Assembly (NCBI GenBank): GCA_965644315.1
Contig: CBFFRQ010000069.1
Coordinates: 186,001 to 250,000 of the forward strand
Length of the DNA stretch: 64,000 bases
From: Caecitellus pseudoparvulus
Taxonomy: Eukaryota > Protista > Bigyra: Bicosoecida
Direction: 5' to 3'
Positions 12,439 through 23,294 of this stretch are shown piece by piece; the first letter of the stretch is position 1; every line of letters begins with the position of its first letter. The notes beneath the pieces were generated by a model that was not told where the DNA came from, did no database searches, and saw only the letters and a program-made list of their open reading frames with translations. The position numbers were made by a program, and so were the translations under genes.

Positions 12439-12720
12439 CTGTCTGCAGCTTCCAAGATCGGCAAGCTCATCCCGCTGATTCTCGTCCTGCTGCTTGTTCA
12501 AGGCATGCTGGGCTTCCTGGAGCGCCTGGACAAGGTGGGGGACGCCGCTTGCTCCGATCCGTACACAGTGTCCAACTTCGAAGCCATCGCCTCAGCCCTC
12601 ACAGAGGCGCACGAGAAAAACCTCACCATTTCACTGCCCATGGACGGACTGGGCTTGCTGGTGGCGCTGTTCACTATTTTCCGAGAGCTGACCGACGGGG
12701 AAGACATGCTGTCCAAGTGA
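10779..12720 (+). CDS. Uncharacterised 4-TM protein with Cys-rich ectodomain (tandem paralog 2)
   Basis: LDSKLG, CSANQTRAGC, TVLCGGTTGATWDANRATCQPS, WDVMYRSEVYWSSDCPVPR and CSDP all match paralog 1. Three introns at homologous positions. Confidence 0.85.
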
Positions 12721-13130
12721 TGGATGCACCAGGCGCCTGCCAGGCAAGCATGTCAACCGTCCAAGCCTTGGCGCTTCCATTGCGTGGAACCCCCCTGTGA
12801 TGTGTCATTGATCGTTTTCGCCACCTTTGTCTCACACCTGCCTTGTGAAGTTGCTGTCTCCAGTGCTGGCTCGTTGGCTGCAGTGCATCTGCACCCATAA
12901 GCAAATGCAGGACGAGTCTGGCCATGTTGCACCCCATGCCACCATTTCACCCGGCAGCTCAAAAACCACCACATGAAAGCGCGCATGATGATCTCAGCAC
13001 CATCTTCAGGTTCGTGGCAGCCCCTCATTCGCGCGGCCTTCATCGCTAGATCTGTCCAAGTCAAAGCCAGCTTGCAGGCTGCGTCAGGAACCTCCGCTAC
13101 GCTTGGCAAGCTCCTGAGTCAGAGCCAGGC

Positions 13131-14348
13131 ATGCCGGATGAGAAGGAAAAGAGTGATGGGAGGGAAGCGCAGCGTGCAAGTGTTGAAGACCCAGCAGGTG
13201 GCCCAAGTGACGCGCAGGTGCAGCGCAGCCAGTCGCCTGACCCGCCCAAACACCGGCTGGGCAGGCAGTTGTCCAATGTGGACGCCGTGCTAGAGACCCT
13301 TGCAGCTACCGGCGGGCTGATGCAAGATGACCATGATCGGGTGAATGCGACTGAAGCGAAGCTTGTTCCTGAGAGCGACTTTGCCACTCGTCTCTCGTTC
13401 ACTCTGGGAGTGCTGAATGCCTGCATCGTGAGTTTCGCGTTTCACTTGAGCCTGCACCCTTGCCACAGCGGCCGCCCCCCTGAACAGACGAGCTTTGTGA
13501 TCGGGCGACCTTTTGGAGTTTTTTGGTACCTGGTCAAGGCAATTGTGCTGCTGTCGTACCGTTGGTTGACCTTCAAGGTACGCGTGAGCCAACCACAGGC
13601 CGTTGCGAAGTGCAGTGCACTTGGCAAGTCAGCCCTCGCCCCCGCGCAGCGCATGGGCCACCACTATTACATGATCGATTTCTGCTACATTTGCAACTTG
13701 ATGCTGTGTGGATACATCATCGTGGCCGCCCTGGGCTACGGGGCAGAGCCTTGGGCCATCGCCTTCTTCAAGGCACTGTTTGCGATGACACAGGGACCGC
13801 TGCTGTGGGCCATTCCCCTCTTCCGGAACAAGCTCAAGTTCCACTCCTTGCAGCACGTCATCTCGGTCTTCATTCACATTTCCCCCGCTACTGTCACGTA
13901 CGCCATCCGCTGGTGTCTGGACCCCGCAGTGTATGGCGTTTCCCAGGCTCCAGCTGGCTCGTTCAGCACACTGCTGTGGGAACTTGAGGGCGGGGCGCTA
14001 CCATACTACCTGCTCTGGCTTGCAGGCTACTATGCCATTGTTTTCTGTGTGCGCTCCAAGCGCATCTCCGAGCGGCAGTACGAGACCCTCTTTTCCTTCA
14101 TCATGGACCCCGCCAACCACCACCCCGCGCGGCAGGTGCTGAATGCCATCACGACTCACCCTGCTCTGCAAAAGGTGGTGTACCTGGGCTTGCACCTGGG
14201 CTTGGGCCTGGTCACCATGGCTTTCACGCCACTTCTATGGCAGTACCTGGAACTGCACACGCTCTTCGTGACGGCCATCCTCGGCTCTGCCTGCTGGAAC
14301 GCCAGCAAGGGATACCTCCGCATGCAACGAGCAGCAAAGCTGCAGTAG
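13131..14348 (+). CDS. GPC1: Glycerophosphocholine acyltransferase (DUF2838 family)
   Basis: HYYMIDFCYICN, GPLLWAIPLFRNKLKFHS, SVFIHISP, YETLF, WNASKGY; multi-TM. Probable in-frame introns at 13428-13487 and 13578-13649. Confidence 0.85.
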   Translation: MPDEKEKSDGREAQRASVEDPAGGPSDAQVQRSQSPDPPKHRLGRQLSNVDAVLETLAATGGLMQDDHDRVNATEAKLVPESDFATRLSFTLGVLNACIVSFAFHLSLHPCHSGRPPEQTSFVIGRPFGVFWYLVKAIVLLSYRWLTFKVRVSQPQAVAKCSALGKSALAPAQRMGHHYYMIDFCYICNLMLCGYIIVAALGYGAEPWAIAFFKALFAMTQGPLLWAIPLFRNKLKFHSLQHVISVFIHISPATVTYAIRWCLDPAVYGVSQAPAGSFSTLLWELEGGALPYYLLWLAGYYAIVFCVRSKRISERQYETLFSFIMDPANHHPARQVLNAITTHPALQKVVYLGLHLGLGLVTMAFTPLLWQYLELHTLFVTAILGSACWNASKGYLRMQRAAKLQ

Positions 14349-14585
14349 ACACGGCTGCATTGTCCTGGTGCATCCCTGCGCAATGGTCAGGGTAATGCCG
14401 GCGCCGGGCCTGCCCTCCCCTGCTGCGAAGTGGACGCATGCCGCAAGCGCTACAGCACTGGTGCTGCACAGGAATCAGCGCAGGTGATGCATGCCTTCAC
14501 AACAGTTCGTGCTGCAGGCAGGCAGGTGGGCTGGCTGCGTGCATGTGAGAAGGTACATTAGCAGACAGACGACCAGGGCACTGCA

Positions 14586-15752
14586 TCACTCCATCTTGGC
14601 CGCCAAGCCCTCCTTGCGGAACTTGGCCCAAATGCCCTCACGCAAGTCGTCTAGTGCTGGCCGAATGCTGAGCAGCTGGTCCATCGCCGCGGGCCCTCCG
14701 ACAGCCTTCTCGAACTGCTCCCGGGTGGGGGACATCAGCAACGCAGCCTGCGTGTGGATGGCGAGGGCGGAAGCGCTGCGGGCTCGTGATCGCGACCAGG
14801 CTTCCAATGCAGCCACGCACATAGATGGTATTTCGCAGGATCCAGCCGTGGTATGGGGCCAGTGCCGCTTCGTAGGCCTTGGAAATGCACTCCTTCATGC
14901 TCGTGGCCGGCGCTGTTTCCAGCTTGTCCAGCAACGTCGACACGAAGTCCAGGAACCACATGAGACGCTGAGTCATGCGCATACCAGCTCTAAACTTGGG
15001 GTGGTCACCCGCATCGATTGTCGCCACGCCACGCGCGATCTGAGCAGGCGCGGGGGTGGTGGGTGCGTGCAAATTCCGCATCCGACCAGTGCCAGCCGCG
15101 CAGCGGCACCAGGTCGCCTTCAACCGGCCTTCTGACTTACTTCGTCGTCAAAGAGGCGCTGCAAGGTGACACGGGTGGTCCCGGGGGCATGTGCTGCCGC
15201 GGCAGCGTCGGGTTCAGAGTCCGGAATGGCTGGGACAATCTTCAGCCCCTTGGTCTCAGCACTCTCCACCAACTCGTTGAAGCGGTGGGTGAGCACTTCC
15301 ACTTTCTGTGCAGAGAAGGATATGGTGGTTGGTGGAGGCCAGGGCTTGCAGGCGCTCAAGCCGGGCATCCGCAGGCAAGCTGCAGACGGGCAACGCGTGC
15401 TCGCCGGCGGCAGTGGCTGGAGCAGCCGACGCACCTCCGCAATGTCTGCCGATGCCATGCCGAAGGCAGTGCCACACTTGCCGATCAAAGCTGCAATTTG
15501 GGCGCATGTGTCGACAAACAGTCGCCCTGGCACGTCGTGGGTGTGCTTGCGAAGGGCCACCATCTGAGCGCACAGCGTCGCCGGGTCGAACGTCACGTCC
15601 GCCAGCTTCACCACAGGCGTCTCCTTGCCGGCATCATTCACAACCAAGGCTGGTGCCTCGGAGGGTGCGGGGGTGGCTTCTGCCTTGCTGCCTGCAACAG
15701 CAGGGGCGCCCTCCGCCGGCGGCGGTGCTGCCGCGCTGGGGTCAGCAGCCAT
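14586..15752 (-). CDS. GLTP-fold lipid transfer protein, CPTP/ACD11 type
   Basis: GTAFGMASADIAEKV, RMTQRLMWFLDFV, AYEAALAPYHGWILR, SPTREQF; three introns. Confidence 0.85.
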
Positions 15753-16390
15753 TGCAGGCCCAAGTGAGCCCTGCGTAAGATGCAGGGTCTCCACACACCT
15801 CAGAGTGTGCGAGTCGGCTGGAGAAGGTTGCAATGCATGGACTTGCAGCGCCTCCGGAGTGCGAGCTGAGTGGGTAAAGTGTTGGGTGGGGGCTTTTGTG
15901 TCGGCGGGGCGCTGAGCCACAACGAGTGCTGAGACGCTTGGTGGCGTGGCGAGTGCTGCGCACGCGTGGGACAGGGCGCTGCGCAAGCCACAATGGGCTG
16001 GGATGTAGACAGGTGCGTGGAAAGATGCGAGGCAAACGCAAGCTGCTTCACAAAAGCGTCGCCTGGCGTGCAGCATGGTGAAGAGCTGAGCCAAGGAGAA
16101 GCGTGTTTCGCGGCGTGTCGAAACGCTTGGCACGCCTGCAGATGCAGAGTGAGTGGATCGCAGCGAAGAAATGGACGAGGCCAAACCATCGCCAGGACCC
16201 CTTCAGTCGTGCTTGCATTTCGCTTGGCTGGTTGTCTTATCTGTCTACAAGCTGAGTCTGCGCAGGTGTTCGAAAACCTCGGAGGGGTGCCGAGCACTCT
16301 CGGCCGTTTGTACAAAACCACATCACCTGCTACCCTGCAGCGTGGCATCAACGCAAACCAAGCTAGCCTGCTGACTCCCTCCGTGATGCC

Positions 16391-17454
16391 ATGAGCGCTG
16401 CTGCGCCTGCCCTTGGTGTTGTGACCATCGCTGGAGCTGATGCCGAGAGAAGCAAACGGGGCGGCCTCAGCCGGGAGGCCAAAGGCATCATAAGCGCAGC
16501 GTTTCAGGGCAGAGACAGGGGTGCAAGTAAATTAGCAGCCCTGCTGAAGGGGCCTGCAGCCAAGGAGGTGGATGCTGCTCTCCCACAGGTCCGTGCTGCT
16601 GCGAAGCTGACGGGCTGTGGTCTGGCTCTCCATGCCTCCTTCGCGCACAAGTGCAGACCAATGCCACAGCCTTGCATAGGGCCGGCATGAAGGGGAACAT
16701 CAAGTGCTGGGCCCTGCTTCTGCAAGCGGGTTGGAGTTTGCAGGCCTGCGACCAGTTTGAACGCACGCCGCTACACTGCGCCGCCAAGGTGCCCCAAGCT
16801 CACCAGCTCCTGGCCATCGCATTGAAGGAACGGGGTGCGATGGCACTGCAGGCATGTGCTATTCGAGATTCCAAGCAACTTACTCCAATTGCGACTGCCC
16901 TCACTCACTGTGCGGAGCAGGTACGGCTCTCTGCCGGCGAGGGGCTTGGCTCAGCAGCTGCGCTGCTCCAGCCGTTGCCCACCCTGCTGAGCACGTACGT
17001 GAGAGCGCTGATGCAGGGGGGTCATGATTTGGTACTGCTGCACAACGAGGCAGCTGTTGAGGGCAACCTCACGCCCATGGGCAGGTTTGTCCTTCCAGCT
17101 CGAACAGAGCCTGAGGATCCCGAGGCAGCAAGCAGTTTCCGCAGCTCAGCCATTGAAGAGCCAGCACTGCCGCTGGGCCTCGTGTACGGGAAAGCGATGC
17201 GGCTTGGTGTGCGCCACTTGCTCACAGTACTGCAGGTGGAAGCTGTCTCGGGTTTCAAAGTCCCCCTGTGTCGAGCTGCACGCCCGCCTGGCAACGGTTG
17301 TCCAGCGACTCCCTCCACCCACGACACCTCCTTTTACATTGATGGAAGCAGCACCAAGGGCACAGTCTTTGACTGCTTGGCCCAGTACCTGCATGCAGTG
17401 CCTTGGCTGCACCGCCGCAGCCTTGTCCTCCTTCGCAATGCTACGAAAGGCTGA
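16391..17454 (+). CDS. Ankyrin-repeat protein
   Basis: TALHRAGMKGNIKCWALLLQAG, DQFERTPLHCAA, DSKQLTPIATA; intron about 16589-16656. Confidence 0.7.
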
Positions 17455-19420
17455 CCTCCCTGTCGAGTCCTGCAGGCAAGGTGTCTAGGACGGCCTGTGC
17501 GAGCGCCACGTCGCGCTCCCGGCGAATGAAGCCCGCCCAAGGGTCAGCCAATGCTCCGAGGGCATGCTGTGGTAGGGCAAGGAGCCCACCGTCGTGGGCG
17601 CGGTGGACCTCGGGCGCCTGGCGTCGGCGTTGCAAAACCAAGGCGGCGGCGTCTGCTGGCAGGCTGTCCGGGACAGCTGCCAGCGCTGACAGGTCAGCGA
17701 TGACAGCTGCGGCCTCAGAGTGCTCCGGCCCGACTTCAGTTTCGCCCTGCACCCAGTCCGGCACGCGCACTGTGCTGGCAGAGGCCGCCAGCGGCCCCCA
17801 CCACGCCTGCCGGCACGACTGCAATGTGGCGTGCCAGGTGCCCTCTGTGCGTGTGCGCAGCAGGCCAGCCGCGTGTGCTTCCAGCCGAGACAGCATTCGC
17901 GGTGGCGCAGGGCTGCTTGCAAGGGTGTTGTGCAGGTGGGCTAGGAGTGGCTGCCGCTGTATGGCCTGCGCCCACTGCTGCACGAACGCCAGGTGGGGCG
18001 AGGACAGGCGCGGCATGGCAGCCGCCCAGCCCCACTGTGCGTGTGGCACGAACAGCGTGGCCATGGCAGCTGCTTGTGTGTGCTGACCCAGACTGCTGTG
18101 TCCCTGCAAGGCGTCCAGGCAGCCGCCCAAGGCAGCGGCGCACACCTCGGCGTGGGCGGCAGAGCTGGACCGTGTGCGCTTGGCGTGGGGGGAAGGGCTG
18201 AGGGCAGCGGCAGTGAGGGCAGCTTGTGCCAAGACAGCCAAGTGGGCAGTGCGACATCGACTGTACACCTCCACCCCTGAGCCTGGTAGGCGAGGCGTGG
18301 AGCCGTCTGGCAGAAGGCGGTGCACTGCTCCAGGTGTCCTGCTGCGGGCTGACCGCGTCAGGATGCGAGTGGGGACACGGGGGCCCGTCGCCCCGATGAG
18401 GGCTGGCACAATGCCACCGTGGGCTTCGCAAGCTGCCCACATGGGGAAGGGGACTCCCCCTGGATCCCTGGGCGAGGGGCGCCTGTCTGCCTGCCTGGCC
18501 AGGCTCCTCTCCAGGGCACCCCAATGCTGCGGCAGCCTCCGCAGCACACGTCGCAAAGCTGCACCACTCTCGTCGCTGCCCGCCAGCACGGCGCTGGCCA
18601 ACTCTCTGGCGGTGTGCGTCCCGTCAGAAGGTGAGGCGTGCCCCGGCCACATGGGCAGGTGGCTGCTGCGCACGCCCGCGCCCGACGCCAAGGGCACGCC
18701 TGTCCAGTGCGCCAGCAACTGAGCCGCGCCGTGAGCTGCCTGCAGCCGGACAGCTTCAGAGCGCAGTGCCACGTGGCGCCCTAGTCGCACTGGGCGCTGC
18801 CAAGGGGAGTCCGCGGCGCCCAGTGCCTGGCCAGTGGCCTGCAAAACGCCAGGGACACACGCCACTAGCTGAGCCCCTGCCTGCCCCTGAGACAAGACAC
18901 CAGCAGCGTCGGCAGTGCGGGAGGTGCATAGCCATGCCCAAGCAGGCGCCATCGTGGCATCCAGCAGGGGCGGGGGCGCCAGGTGAAAGCTGCACAGCTC
19001 AGCCAGCTGCTCCAGCGCCAGGGACAGGTGTGCTTGACTGCGACACCGAGCTGGCCTGCGCTTCACCTCACCTGCTGCAGCCTGCAGCGTGAGCCTCAAT
19101 GCTTGGGAAAGTCGACAGACGGCAACAGCGAGGGCGTTTCCATGCTTGCCTGTGTTGACCAACGTCTCAACTTCCTGCACAGCCGAGGTCAAGGCTGGAA
19201 CTCGAGAGGCGGCGCTTGGCCGCCTTCGCGGAGGAGCAGCAGAGCTGATGAACCGTCTTGCCTTGGGGGGGTGGAGAACTTTCCTGGCACCAATGCATGT
19301 TTGCGTCACTGCCGGTGGGGGTAGGAGAGAGGCCACACGCGGCAGCGCTCGAGACCAATTTCCGCTCATAGCCCGCCACATGATCGAGGCTGAGGCTGCA
19401 GCGAAGTGCCAAAGGGGCAC
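17441..19420 (-). CDS. Hypothetical Ala/Arg/Leu-rich protein, possibly mitochondrial (start uncertain)
   Basis: A 659-codon ORF fills an otherwise empty gap. The N-terminus is Arg/Ser-rich and acid-free. No recognisable domain. Confidence 0.5.
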   Translation of the reverse strand: MPLWHFAAASASIMWRAMSGNWSRALPRVASLLPPPAVTQTCIGARKVLHPPKARRFISSAAPPRRRPSAASRVPALTSAVQEVETLVNTGKHGNALAVAVCRLSQALRLTLQAAAGEVKRRPARCRSQAHLSLALEQLAELCSFHLAPPPLLDATMAPAWAWLCTSRTADAAGVLSQGQAGAQLVACVPGVLQATGQALGAADSPWQRPVRLGRHVALRSEAVRLQAAHGAAQLLAHWTGVPLASGAGVRSSHLPMWPGHASPSDGTHTARELASAVLAGSDESGAALRRVLRRLPQHWGALERSLARQADRRPSPRDPGGVPFPMWAACEAHGGIVPALIGATGPRVPTRILTRSARSRTPGAVHRLLPDGSTPRLPGSGVEVYSRCRTAHLAVLAQAALTAAALSPSPHAKRTRSSSAAHAEVCAAALGGCLDALQGHSSLGQHTQAAAMATLFVPHAQWGWAAAMPRLSSPHLAFVQQWAQAIQRQPLLAHLHNTLASSPAPPRMLSRLEAHAAGLLRTRTEGTWHATLQSCRQAWWGPLAASASTVRVPDWVQGETEVGPEHSEAAAVIADLSALAAVPDSLPADAAALVLQRRRQAPEVHRAHDGGLLALPQHALGALADPWAGFIRRERDVALAQAVLDTLPAGLDREVSLS

Positions 19421-19763
19421 CTAGACTTGAACTAGGGGGAAATGGGGTGCGGTTGACAGGCGCACAGGCTCTGTGCTGTTTTGAGATGCAGTGACGAGCT
19501 CCCACGCCGCTGCCAACACGCAGGACGAAGCACAAGGGGCAGGCCCCATGCGTAGAGCGCAGCCCCAGACTGGAAAGGCACAAGCACGCAGCCATGACAA
19601 ATTATACTCCCCACACACACCTCTCCGGCCTTGGGATCTTTGTGTTTGTGCGCGCAGCCGACGGCACGCCCCGTGGCAACGCGGACACACCCCGCTGCAC
19701 CAGCAGCAGCTGCAGCAGCAGGGAGCGACAGCTTGCAGCGGCCTGCAGGCGTGCCCGAGCACC

Positions 19764-21888
19764 ATGGCAGGCAGCCGCCCACCTGGGGACTACCTCAATG
19801 TCTCTGGCGATCGAGCCGTTGCAGGCATGCTGGCGAAGCACGGGGAGGGTGCGTCGAGCCGCGAAGTGGGCGTGGCGAGATACAGGCACTGCACCAAACC
19901 CGCCCTCCACCTACGCCCGCCCGTGCAGGTGACGAAGCCGTCGTCTTCAGCGACTCCTTCATCAAGATCAACCGCAAGGACAAGCACCAGGACCGCGCGA
20001 TGCTGGTGTCGAACAAGGCCGTGTACAATTGCAAGAGCACCAACCTCAGCAAGTGCAAACGCCGCATTGCCCTCACCGCCATCGAGGGCATCACACAGAG
20101 CACTGTGTCGGACGAGTTCGTCCTGCATGTGCCGTCTGAGTACGACTACCGCTTCATGGGCCCTCGCAAAAGTGAAGCCATTGAGTGGATCCAAACTGCG
20201 AGGGAGCGCTTGACTGGGAAGTCCATCCCTGTGAATCAGTCTTCGCAAGTCGTGCTGAAGTCTGTGACGCTCACCCGCGTAGAGGCGGAGAAGCGGAAGT
20301 CTGTGAGTGCCTGTGTCGTCCTGTGTAGCATGCATGTGGCGCTCCATGGGCAGCACGAAGGCCTGGCAAGCCCTGCTGGCTTCATGGCGTTGCTGCTTGT
20401 CCGTCGAAGGTCCGCTGCTTGCCTTGCCGCGGCTGCCTCGCTGCCAAGCCCACCCTGATCTCCCTGATCAGCCTGCCCTGTCATGTTGGGAGACCTGGTG
20501 CTGGCTGCCATCCGTGGGCCGCGTGAAGGAGGGCGCCATCGTTACGTTGGGTGGCGAAGCTTGCAGCGTGTCACAAGCGAAGGTGCCGGTGCACGTACCC
20601 CGCTGGCTCTGCCTTATTGCTGCACTCTCGCCCGCCGCCCGCCCCACCTTTGCAGTTGGTCCCAGGCTCTGGCAGCTCGGCAGAATTCAAGGCTGAGCCG
20701 GTGGACTTTGGCTCTCCCTCCGCTCACGGCCTGGGCGCCATCATTGAGGAGGGCGATGGCGACGAAGACGATGCAGCTCACGCAGCCGCCGCGGCTGGTG
20801 GAGGCGGCAGCGGGGGCGGCAAGGAGGCCGAGGAAGGCGCTGCAGCCACCACTGGCTGGGCCCGCATGGAGACGTCCGTGACCATGGATGACTTTGAGCT
20901 GGTGAAGGTGCTGGGCCGGGGCTCCTTCGGCAAGGTCATCGCTGCACGCAAGCGCGGCGGGCCGGACCATGGCGCTATGTACGCCGTCAAGATCCTGAAC
21001 AAGAAGGTCATCGAGGAGCGGGAGCAGATTGAGCACACGCAGGCAGAGCGCGAGATCCTGGAGAGCATCGATCACCCCTTCCTCGTGGGGCTCAAGTACG
21101 CCTTCCAGACGCCCACCAAGCTGTACATGGTGCTGCCCATGTACAACGGCGGCGAGCTCTTCACCATCCTCAAGCGCGAGCGGCGCTTCAGTGAGGAGCG
21201 CACCCGCTTCTACGCTGCCGAGATTGCAGCCGGGCTGGGGCACCTGCACGCCAACGGCATCATCTACCGCGACTTGAAGCCGGAGAACTTGCTGCTGGAC
21301 ACGGACGGGCACATTGGCATTACCGACTTCGGCCTGTCCAAGCGGGTGGGCCCTGACGAGAAGTCCCAGACGTTCTGCGGCACGCCAGAGTACCTGGCAC
21401 CGGAGATCATCAATGATGACGGCCACGACAAGAACGTGGACTGGTGGAGCTTCGGCATCCTCGTGTACGAGATGATGGCGGGGCGCCCCCCTTTCTACAC
21501 CTCCAACCACCAGAAGATGTACGAACTCATCACTCGAGGCAAGCTTGTGTTCCCCTCTGCCTTCAGTGCTGAGGCCAAGGACTTCCTGCAAAAGATCCTG
21601 GTGCAGGACCCAGCTGCGCGCCTGGGTGGTGGCCCTGAAGACTTGGAGGAGATGAAGAAGCACCCTTTCTTCGCCAGCATCGACTGGGATGCGCTGCTGG
21701 CCCGCAAGGTGACGCCTCCCTTCAAGCCTGCCGTGCACGGCGACGATGACTTCCGCAACTTCGACAAGGAGTTCACGAGCGAGACGGTTCAAGACACCTT
21801 TGTGCCGGAGAGCACCCTGCACGAGGCGGCTGATGCCTTCACTGGCTTCACCTTTGCAGGGGAGTCGGCCATTGGGGCTGCCAAGTAG
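19764..21888 (+). CDS. AGC-family Ser/Thr kinase (Akt/SGK/S6K-like) with N-terminal myosin-I TH1/PH-like domain
   Basis: N-terminus GDYL...VVFSDSFIKINRKDKHQDRAMLVSNKAVYN..KRRI..EFVLHVPSEYDY. Kinase motifs GRGSFGKV, YRDLKPEN, DFG, TFCGTPEYLAPE. C-tail PPFKP..NFDKEF..FTGFTF. Introns about 19849-19928 and 20303-20656. Confidence 0.92.
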
Positions 21889-22143
21889 TAGGCTGCGCGT
21901 GTCGGCGGCAGCGTGGACGCTTCGCCCCTCGCTGCCAAGCCCCTCACCACGCATTGTGTTGCTGCCGGTGTCCATTTTCCTGTGCCTTTCTTCCTCATGA
22001 AAAATGCACGGGCGTCACTTTTCCTCCCCATGTGGAGGGGCCAACTTCCGCACCTGCACGCAACACGCCGGCAACACAACAACACAATCGCAGCGAGAGG
22101 CAGAAGCCGAAACAGGGACTAAACACTAGCAAGATGTGTAGCC

Positions 22144-23271
22144 ATGGCTGGACTTGCAGCCCGAGTTCTGCAGTGCAAGCCACCACAGAACCAGGGCACA
22201 GTCCGTGAGTCAAGTCCAGAGCCCAAGCAGCGCACCATTCCCTCGTCGCCGCTGTCCCCGGTAGAAAAGCTGCAACAAGCGCATGCCACCTTTCCTGAAC
22301 TGACGCCTGAGCATCCACATTCCCCTGGACGACTTCGCCGCAAGGATGATTCCCCCACCGCCCGAATCACCTGCTCCGTTTGCCTGCAGGCGCACTCCCC
22401 CGATGCATACAACGTCTACAACCTCAGGCGGCGCCATGGCGCCCAGCGCCGCTGTTTGGCTTGCTGCAAGGCTGCTTGGACTGACCGGGAGCAGTCTGAT
22501 CGCACTCGCTTCGCCATGGCGGCTGTGAGCCATTCTCAGCCGTGGATGGCTGTGCGCGATGGCAACCTCGGAGCGCTGGCTGCCTTTGTGCGAGACGGCA
22601 CCTTGACTCGGCAAAGCAGGAACCCGAACACGGGGAGAACACTCTTGATGGAAGCTGGCTTTTCCGGCCAGCCTGACATTGTGGAGTGGCTGCTGGAGCA
22701 CGGTGCAGACGTGCACTTGCGGGGCCGCTTTGGCGCTGAGACGCCCCTCCACATGGCGGTGCTGGGAGACTGCGTGGACTGCGCAGGCGCCATGCTCATC
22801 GCAGGAGCTGGTCTCAACGCCACCAACAAAGCTGGCCAAACGCCCATGCACCTGCTGCGCAGCCTGGAAATGGCGCAGTTCCTCATCCAGCAGGGTGCCC
22901 GGGACGACCTTCCGGACAAGTTCGGTCGAACCCCACATGCAGTGGCTGCAGCAGACCCCGAGCAGTGGAAAATAGAGCGCTTCCTATCACGCCAACTCCT
23001 CGAGCGGTCCAAGAGGGAGCAGGCGAGGGCCAAAGCTCTGCGGCAACGCAGAGCGGCGGCGCAACGACAGGCTGCACAGGACAGCCGTGCGGCTCTCAAG
23101 GCCAAGAAAGCTGCATTTGCATTGCAGCGCCAGCGCAGGCTCAAGGAAGAGTACATGAACTGGCGTCGAGGTGGGGCAGAGCTCAGTCGTTCGACGCTAC
23201 AGGCCCGCAGTGCCAGCAGTAAGGTGCTGGCCGGCGCCGGCAGCAGCGTGCTGACGCACACAATGATCTAA
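22144..23271 (+). CDS. Ankyrin-repeat protein with CxxC-CxxC finger and C-terminal coiled coil
   Basis: CSVC...CLAC; GRTLLMEAG, ETPLHMAV, GQTPMHL, GRTPHAVA. Confidence 0.8.
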   Translation: MAGLAARVLQCKPPQNQGTVRESSPEPKQRTIPSSPLSPVEKLQQAHATFPELTPEHPHSPGRLRRKDDSPTARITCSVCLQAHSPDAYNVYNLRRRHGAQRRCLACCKAAWTDREQSDRTRFAMAAVSHSQPWMAVRDGNLGALAAFVRDGTLTRQSRNPNTGRTLLMEAGFSGQPDIVEWLLEHGADVHLRGRFGAETPLHMAVLGDCVDCAGAMLIAGAGLNATNKAGQTPMHLLRSLEMAQFLIQQGARDDLPDKFGRTPHAVAAADPEQWKIERFLSRQLLERSKREQARAKALRQRRAAAQRQAAQDSRAALKAKKAAFALQRQRRLKEEYMNWRRGGAELSRSTLQARSASSKVLAGAGSSVLTHTMI

Positions 23272-23294
23272 TTGGTGGGCGCAGTGCGTTTGCC

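Noticed and set aside
12985-13117. ATGATGA...CTGA resembling C/D snoRNA boxes
   Set aside because: No terminal stem or recognisable rRNA guide, and it runs up to the GPC1 start.
13428-13649. Several stop-free introns of 3n length (GPC1 twice, GLTP, NOPCHAP1-like, CCP)
   Set aside because: With short GC-rich introns, a handful among roughly 45 is about what chance gives. No evidence for regulated retention.
20614-21975. Long antisense ORFs (also 726-2423, 33876-35024, 44606-46327, 60499-61722, 62635-63384)
   Set aside because: They shadow well-supported genes on the opposite strand. This is expected from high GC3 codon bias, and they have no domain motifs.
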